Assembly: GCA_034530875.2 (NCBI GenBank)
Contig: JAVRCJ020000017.1
Span: 130,930-194,929 of the forward strand
Length of the DNA: 64,000 bases
Direction: 5' to 3'
Source of the DNA: Nostoc sp. DedSLP01
GTDB taxonomy: Bacteria > Cyanobacteriota > Cyanobacteriia > Cyanobacteriales > Nostocaceae
Shown here: one piece after another, positions 58,266-64,000 of the stretch
Layout: each line of letters opens with the position of its first letter
How positions within the stretch are numbered: the stretch's first letter is position 1
Notes under the pieces: generated by a model
The model's database searches: none
What the model was told of the DNA's origin: nothing
Seen by the model: the letters and a program-made list of their open reading frames with translations, nothing else
Translations under genes and position numbers: made by a program

Positions 58266-59996
58266 CTATATCTTGTCTGTCCCAGCAATTAACGTAGGTA
58301 AAGGTGTAGCTTGAGTCTGGTACGCATTTTTCACAGCAACCCAGTTACTGGCAATTGGCATTCGCCAACCAGTTCCAAAGGCGCGGTCGGTGATTTTTAA
58401 GCCGGGGGGTGCTTGGCGGCGTTTAAATTCAGCACGCGCCACCATTTGAATGACTCGGTTGACAATTACGGCATCGTGACCGACGGCGACAATTTGGGCT
58501 GCTGATTGGCGATCGTGAATCAGGCGTTGCAAGATATCGTCTAAAATTTCGTAGGGCGGTAGAGAGTCTTGGTCTACTTGACCGGGTTTGAGTTCGGCGC
58601 TTGGTGCTTTGGTCAAGACGTTTTGGGGGATGATTTCGTTGTTGCGATTTAACCAACGGCAAAGTGAATAAACGCGGGTTTTGGGAACATCTGCGATTAC
58701 TGCCAAGCCGCCATTCATATCGCCGTAGAGTGTGCAGTAACCAACTGCCATTTCTGACTTGTTACCAGTAGATAACAGAAGATAACCAAATTTATTAGCG
58801 ATCGCCATTAATAAATTACCGCGAATCCGGGATTGGATATTCTCTTCTGCTAATCCAAATTCTGTACCTGCAAATAATTCAGCTAAGGTGCGATCGAAGC
58901 CTTGCATTAACTGTTCAATTGGTAAAATATCAGTTTTAATTCCTAAATTTTCCGCTAATGCTAAAGCATCGCTAATAGAATGTTCCGAACTATAAGGCGA
59001 AGGCATGAGAACGCCTAGCACATTTTCTTTACCAAGGGCAGCAGTGGCAATCGCTGCTACTAATGCTGAATCAATCCCACCACTTAAGCCCAAAACTACT
59101 TTAGAAAAGCGACATTTACGGGCATAATCTTTGACTCCTAAAACCAAAGCCTGCCAGATTTCTTCATCTTCTGATTCATAGACAGCTGCCAAAGAACTTA
59201 ATTGAAAATCTCGCTGCGCTTCGTCAAATTCAATTGCCAACAAATCACTTTCAAAACCAGAAGCGCGACAAATAATTTCACCTTGGCGATTTAAAGCAAA
59301 ACTACGACCATCAAAAATTAAATCGTCATTTCCTCCAACTTGGTTAGCATAAATAATTGGTTGTTGAAAACGCACTGCGCTATATTTGAGCATTTGTTCT
59401 CGAAACTGTTGCTTGCCCGCAGTGTAAGGAGAAGCTGACAAATTCACGATGAAATCTACACCGATAATTGCTAGATCGGCAATGGGATTTACTGCATAAG
59501 TACGCTTGCCCCAAAATTCTTCATCGTTCCATAAATCTTCGCAAATAGTAACGCCAATATCGATATTATCTAAGGTGAAATAATTAGCTTGTAAGCCTGG
59601 TTCAAAATAACGATGTTCGTCAAATACATCGTAAGTCGGTAAAAGTCGTTTGTGAAAAATTTGCTTGACTTCGCCGTTTTCTAACAAAGCGATGCTGTTA
59701 TATAAACTTTTACCGCCAGTAATCTGTGCTTCGAGATTTTGTTCAACGGTTCCTACTAATACAGCTAAATTTGCTGGTAAATCCTTAGCTAAGTTTTGTA
59801 AAGTTATATTCATAGCTTCGACAAAACTAGGATTGAGTAATAAATCTCTTGGGGGATAGCCGCACAAAGAAAGTTCAGGCGTAAGTAACAAACGCGCACC
59901 GCCAGATGCAGCGCGTTGTGCCGTTTCTAGGATTTTTTGGGCATTCCCTAGTAAATCACCAATAGTCGGATTAAGTTGAGCGATCGCAATTTTCAT
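58266..59996 (-). CDS. nadE: Glutamine-dependent NAD+ synthetase
   Basis: Nitrilase domain (PEL, HKRLLP, ICEDLW), SGGIDS, ENIQSRIRG, TGNKSE. Confidence 0.96.
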   Translation of the reverse strand: MKIAIAQLNPTIGDLLGNAQKILETAQRAASGGARLLLTPELSLCGYPPRDLLLNPSFVEAMNITLQNLAKDLPANLAVLVGTVEQNLEAQITGGKSLYNSIALLENGEVKQIFHKRLLPTYDVFDEHRYFEPGLQANYFTLDNIDIGVTICEDLWNDEEFWGKRTYAVNPIADLAIIGVDFIVNLSASPYTAGKQQFREQMLKYSAVRFQQPIIYANQVGGNDDLIFDGRSFALNRQGEIICRASGFESDLLAIEFDEAQRDFQLSSLAAVYESEDEEIWQALVLGVKDYARKCRFSKVVLGLSGGIDSALVAAIATAALGKENVLGVLMPSPYSSEHSISDALALAENLGIKTDILPIEQLMQGFDRTLAELFAGTEFGLAEENIQSRIRGNLLMAIANKFGYLLLSTGNKSEMAVGYCTLYGDMNGGLAVIADVPKTRVYSLCRWLNRNNEIIPQNVLTKAPSAELKPGQVDQDSLPPYEILDDILQRLIHDRQSAAQIVAVGHDAVIVNRVIQMVARAEFKRRQAPPGLKITDRAFGTGWRMPIASNWVAVKNAYQTQATPLPTLIAGTDKI

Positions 59997-60074
59997 ATTA
60001 GTTATTTAGTCATTAGTTATTGGTCATTAGTCATTAGGCATTGGATATTGATTATTTTTCTCCATTTACCTGAA

Positions 60075-60821
60075 TTAAATAAAAACCAAAGGTTTATCTT
60101 TTAACGGGGCAAAGGCTTCAGCATCAAACTTATATAAACTAGCCGGACGTCCAGCACCGCGTGAGACTTTGATTCCGGTATCGGATAAGAAACCTAATTT
60201 GAGCAAACGCGCCCGAAAATTAGAATAATCAGAAAAGTTTTCGCCTAAAACTGTGGTGTATAGCTGATATAAATCATTTAAAGTAAACATTTCTGGTAAA
60301 ACTTCAAAAGCTACTGGGCTATACTCCAATTTATTTCGCAAACGCCTATGACCGTAAGTCAAAATTTCATTATGGTCGAAAGCTAATTGTGGGATTTGTT
60401 TAATGGGATACCAAGCTATTCCGGTGACGCCATCGGCAATTAATTCGGCTTCTTCAAATCGCACTAGAGCAAAATAACTAACAGATAGATAACGCACACC
60501 ATAGCTATCACTTGCTTCCCGTGGGTCGCGATTCGGGCCGCCAAAGGTATAAAGCTGTTCCAAATAGAGGTTATTGACTTTAATTTTCTCTGCCATTATG
60601 CGATAGGCAGCATCTTCTAAAGACTCTCCTGGACGCACTAAAGTACCGGGAAGACTCCAATGATTTAAAAATGGTTCTTGCTGTCGCATTACTAACAGAA
60701 CTAACAGCCGATTTTGTGCAGTATCTACAGAAAAAATTACATTATCAACACCAACCTTGAAATCGGCCAAAGGTTGTTGGTTTAACGGAGTTGGAATCTT
60801 TTTTTGCTGGCGTCCTGGCAT
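60075..60821 (-). CDS. nrtR: Nudix-related transcriptional regulator
   Basis: Degenerate Nudix box, LEQLYTFG..RDPR, LAFDH, wHTH with NFR and GRPASLY. Confidence 0.9.
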   Translation of the reverse strand: MPGRQQKKIPTPLNQQPLADFKVGVDNVIFSVDTAQNRLLVLLVMRQQEPFLNHWSLPGTLVRPGESLEDAAYRIMAEKIKVNNLYLEQLYTFGGPNRDPREASDSYGVRYLSVSYFALVRFEEAELIADGVTGIAWYPIKQIPQLAFDHNEILTYGHRRLRNKLEYSPVAFEVLPEMFTLNDLYQLYTTVLGENFSDYSNFRARLLKLGFLSDTGIKVSRGAGRPASLYKFDAEAFAPLKDKPLVFI

Positions 60822-61381
60822 TTGTATAAATGCTCTCGATTAATATAAGCAACTACAGGGGGAGTTAGGGCTTGAGAATCTCCATATTCGCGGTAGGCTG
60901 TTGAGGAAATATCTAAACCTGTTAGACTAGCGATCGCTATCTTGCCTCCCAATTTTTGCACTACCTCTAAACTAGCCTCATCTATCGCATATCCCGGTCG
61001 CGGCACAACCAATAGTTGCACTTGTTGTAACAAATCTTCAATCCGATACCAACGCGGTAGCTGAGTAACTAAATCCGAACCAATTACTAAAGTTAATTCA
61101 ACGTTCTCGCCCCAACGTAATTTGGCTTTTTCAACTGTTTCCAGCGTTCTGAAACTACTTAATTCTTGTTCTAAAGCAATATTTTGTCGCGGTGCATCGA
61201 TATCGGCAATCAATAATTGCAGCATTGCCGCCCGATGTTCTAATGGTGTTTGATGGGACTTAAATGGATTATCTGCCGCCCAAACTGCAACGCGATCGTA
61301 ACTTTGAGACAACCATCTCAAAATTTCTTGATGTCCAGCAGTTGGCGGATCGGCACTTGTGCCAAACAAAGCAATTCTCAT
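60782..61381 (-). CDS. nadD: Nicotinate-nucleotide adenylyltransferase
   Basis: FGTSADPPTAGH, NPFK, IGSD, ISST. Start is ATG 61381; the upstream extension is TAATTCG repeats. Confidence 0.92.
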   Translation of the reverse strand: MRIALFGTSADPPTAGHQEILRWLSQSYDRVAVWAADNPFKSHQTPLEHRAAMLQLLIADIDAPRQNIALEQELSSFRTLETVEKAKLRWGENVELTLVIGSDLVTQLPRWYRIEDLLQQVQLLVVPRPGYAIDEASLEVVQKLGGKIAIASLTGLDISSTAYREYGDSQALTPPVVAYINREHLYKCQDASKKRFQLR

Positions 61382-61550
61382 GGTAATTCGTAATTCGTAA
61401 TTCGTAATTAAGACAGACTCGAAGAATGGCATTGCTGAATTTGAATATGAAATCCAAAAATCAACTCTTCTCAACTCTTACTCTCTGCGACTCTGCGACT
61501 CTGCGTGAACTAAATTCATATTCTCAATCAGCAACCCCCGAAGAATAGTT

Positions 61551-62954
61551 TTATCTGTGTGTTTTCTGGGCTTGGCTAGTTTGCTGAGTTAACTGTTGCA
61601 GGGCTGACGAAATTTCTACTTCTACGGCGACAGGACTATGCAAACGGCGTGTCTGTTCTGGCAAACTAGCAACCGAGGCAGCAGTACGCTGACGAATTGT
61701 TTCTAAAGTTTCTGAAGGTTGCAACTGTTTACCCTCTTGCATTACCAACTGCAATAATGGTTGTTCTTCCAAGAAACTTTCACCTAAAAGTCCCAACCTG
61801 TCTGCTTTTAGCTTACCTCCTATCGACGAGCGAAAGATTTGCTTGCGCCCTGGATAAGTTATCTTGCCACTCGACTGCTTCATGACTGGAATGCCATCAA
61901 TGTCTACAAGTTTGTAAACTCCATTTACGGGGGAACCTGTAACTAATCGCGTTCCCAGTCCGTAACCATCAATTTCTGCCCCAGCAGCTTTGAGTCTGGC
62001 AATTTCGTATTCATCCAAGTCGCCACTAGCAAAAATTGGCACGCCGGGAAGTAGCGATCGCACCTGTTGGGATAAGCTAGCTAAATCTCCTGAGTCCAAT
62101 CTCACGCCAGTTAATTGCATTTCCCCAGCATTGACTTTTGCCGCTAAACCTTGGGCAGCAGCAATGGTATCGTAAGTGTCAATCAACAATGGCGCGCCCG
62201 GAAAATATTTATGAAATGCACTAAAAGCTTGTTCTTCGGTGCCTTCTATTGCTGACAGCGCCATTACCAGGGCGTGTGCCATCGTACCACTTGGTTTTGT
62301 TCCCAGTTGTAGTGCTGCTAACACATTGGAAGTGGAATCCAATCCACCCGCCAACGCCGCCCGCGCCGCCCACAAAGACCCTTGGGGACTAAAGGCGCGT
62401 CTTGTGCCAAATTCTAAAAGTGTTGCTGACTCTCCAGCGACATCCCGCAACCTTGCTGCTTTGGTGGCAATCAAGGTCTGGTAATTAATCGTATTTAAAA
62501 GATAAGTTTCTACCAGTTGTGCTTGCCAAAGCGGTGCTTCCACCCGTAAGAGTGGCTGATTGGCAAACACAGCCGTACCTTCTGGTACTGCCCAAACATC
62601 GCCGGTAAACCTGCCTTCTGATAATAAAGACCAAAAGCGATCGCTTGCCCCAGCAAAAATTCCCGTCGCCTGTAATGCTGCAATTTGCGCTGGACTAAAC
62701 CGTAATTTTGTCAAATATTCCAACGCCTGCGTCAAGCCCATTGCAATTAAATAACCAAAATTAGGAGGTAAGCGTCTGACAGACAACTCAAAGCTTGCCC
62801 GCCGTTGTTCTATACCTTCGCCTGTGTAACAAGCCGCCATCGTCAATTGATAAAGGTCAGTCAGCAAGCTGTAGTCATCCGCACACAGGTTTAGTTCCTC
62901 ATACTGCTGGCTTTGCTGTTTATGTACGTAGTCCAAATCAAGGAAAGTTGTCAT
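61551..62954 (-). CDS. pncB: Nicotinate phosphoribosyltransferase
   Basis: LTDLYQLTM, EFGTRR, GTMAH, LIDTYD, VRLDSGD, GVYKLV. Confidence 0.95.
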   Translation of the reverse strand: MTTFLDLDYVHKQQSQQYEELNLCADDYSLLTDLYQLTMAACYTGEGIEQRRASFELSVRRLPPNFGYLIAMGLTQALEYLTKLRFSPAQIAALQATGIFAGASDRFWSLLSEGRFTGDVWAVPEGTAVFANQPLLRVEAPLWQAQLVETYLLNTINYQTLIATKAARLRDVAGESATLLEFGTRRAFSPQGSLWAARAALAGGLDSTSNVLAALQLGTKPSGTMAHALVMALSAIEGTEEQAFSAFHKYFPGAPLLIDTYDTIAAAQGLAAKVNAGEMQLTGVRLDSGDLASLSQQVRSLLPGVPIFASGDLDEYEIARLKAAGAEIDGYGLGTRLVTGSPVNGVYKLVDIDGIPVMKQSSGKITYPGRKQIFRSSIGGKLKADRLGLLGESFLEEQPLLQLVMQEGKQLQPSETLETIRQRTAASVASLPEQTRRLHSPVAVEVEISSALQQLTQQTSQAQKTHR

Positions 62955-62987
62955 GCCAGAGCTTCCTTATAAGAATGCTTCTTTCAT

Positions 62988-63008
62988 TTATGGTAATATT
63001 TACCATAA
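62988..63008. promoter_or_regulatory. NrtR operator upstream of pncB-nadD-nrtR-nadE
   Basis: Palindrome TTATGGTAA-TAT-TTACCATAA, 34 bp upstream of the pncB start. Confidence 0.8.
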
Positions 63009-63366
63009 ATATTGTCAACTACTAGCCAAATTACTCCACAGATGACTGCAAATCGGTCATCCTAGAGGCATATTAATACTCTCTTTACAAAGTATTTAAT
63101 ATTTTTTAATAGTAATAGCTATTAATATTGTGCATTAACCCCCTTTCCCCCTTGCCCTTTGCCCTTTCCCCAAAAAGAAATCCCTATGTTACGATTAGAA
63201 TTAAGGAAAAATTTTGACTTTTTTTAAAGCTAAAGTATTGCAAACTTATCTGAATAAACATTGCATACATTCTCAATATATTGAGAGCTGTGGCTAGTAA
63301 ATCAAATCAGAATTAAAGTATAGGTATCAGAATACAGGCAGCTCGAAAATTAGGAGTCTATTAATT

Positions 63367-63531
63367 ATGACAGTTTCCAATATTTCCCAAATGCTTGCTA
63401 ATGTAACCCGGTTTATTTCTGAAGCTGCAATGCGGATTTTTGGGCCTAATGATGATGCTTATCCTAATATTGGCGTACAACCTTTTACAGGTGAGCCTTA
63501 CAACAAAGATACAGATGATAATAATTGGTAG
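63367..63531 (+). CDS. Small conserved cyanobacterial protein (54 aa, not in ORF track)
   Basis: MTVSNISQMLANVTRFISEAAMRIFGPNDDAYPNIGVQPFTGEPYNKDTDDNNW; AGGAG RBS. Confidence 0.75.
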   Translation: MTVSNISQMLANVTRFISEAAMRIFGPNDDAYPNIGVQPFTGEPYNKDTDDNNW

Positions 63532-64000
63532 ATACTGATGAGGAATAAGATAGAGTTTGCTAAAAGGCTTAAAATTAGTGCTTTCATTATTCCCCTTCCC
63601 TAAAGGAAGGGGATTTTCTCAAAGTTTGCGTCATATTTTGAATTACTCTGCTGTTGGGCACATTTTACTCAGCACTATCGAACTGATAAAGCTGAATGTT
63701 CTGTGTCCTATAAATCAATATGGTTCAGTTAAGAAAGATCCTCTGTGAAGGCAAGGGAATAGGGAACAGGGAATGGGGAATAGGGAAAGAAAAAACAGGC
63801 TGATCTGAACCGTATTGTCTTATAAATATGGCCTTTATTACAACGCAGCATCAATAAAAATACTATTTAAAATCACCGAAAAGTTGATTTGGCAAACATT
63901 ACCACTCAAACACTTGTGTTTGTCTAAGAGCTAATTTGTAAACTCAAGTAAAGTACTTATTCAATAAGGGTTTCAGTAATTTAACTCAATACAGCACTTG

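Noticed and set aside
61382..61474. N-terminal extension of NadD
   Set aside because: It is built from TAATTCG heptamer repeats; the conserved start is MRIALFGTS at 61381.
21364..62954. Functional link between the putative NADase toxin and the NAD biosynthesis genes
   Set aside because: They are 15-40 kb apart with unrelated core genes between, and I saw no NrtR box at the toxin gene. Probably coincidence.

Overview
A 64 kb segment of a filamentous cyanobacterium, most likely Nostocales (frequent HIP1 GCGATCGC, STRR-type heptamer repeats, psbQ, hemJ, a devT-like gene). Most of it is housekeeping: nadA, gshA, trmL, a LysM/M23 peptidase, glcEF, ssuE, msrB, a reverse-transsulfuration operon, fused modBC, fmt, minCDE, a probable 6S RNA, and a pncB-nadD-nrtR-nadE operon with NrtR boxes. 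Four accessory parts stand out. (1) A ~6.95 kb element integrated at tRNA-Thr(GGT) and bounded by a perfect 50 bp att duplication. It carries a tyrosine integrase with visible arm-type sites, a Mu-gp27/DUF3486-like protein (possible small terminase), five ribbon-helix-helix (RHH) genes (three missed by the ORF track, one of those frameshifted) and five exactly 38 bp divergent repeats. It is a candidate cyanobacterial phage satellite. (2) A signal-peptide-bearing, stand-alone polymorphic-toxin-like domain followed by a Tsi6-like immunity gene. (3) An AT-rich ATPase plus PD-(D/E)XK nuclease pair and a VapBC module beyond the 3' end of tRNA-Ser. (4) A protein that is 46% Met+Cys, next to Met-to-Cys recycling genes. 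All family assignments come from reading motifs by eye; no database searches were run.
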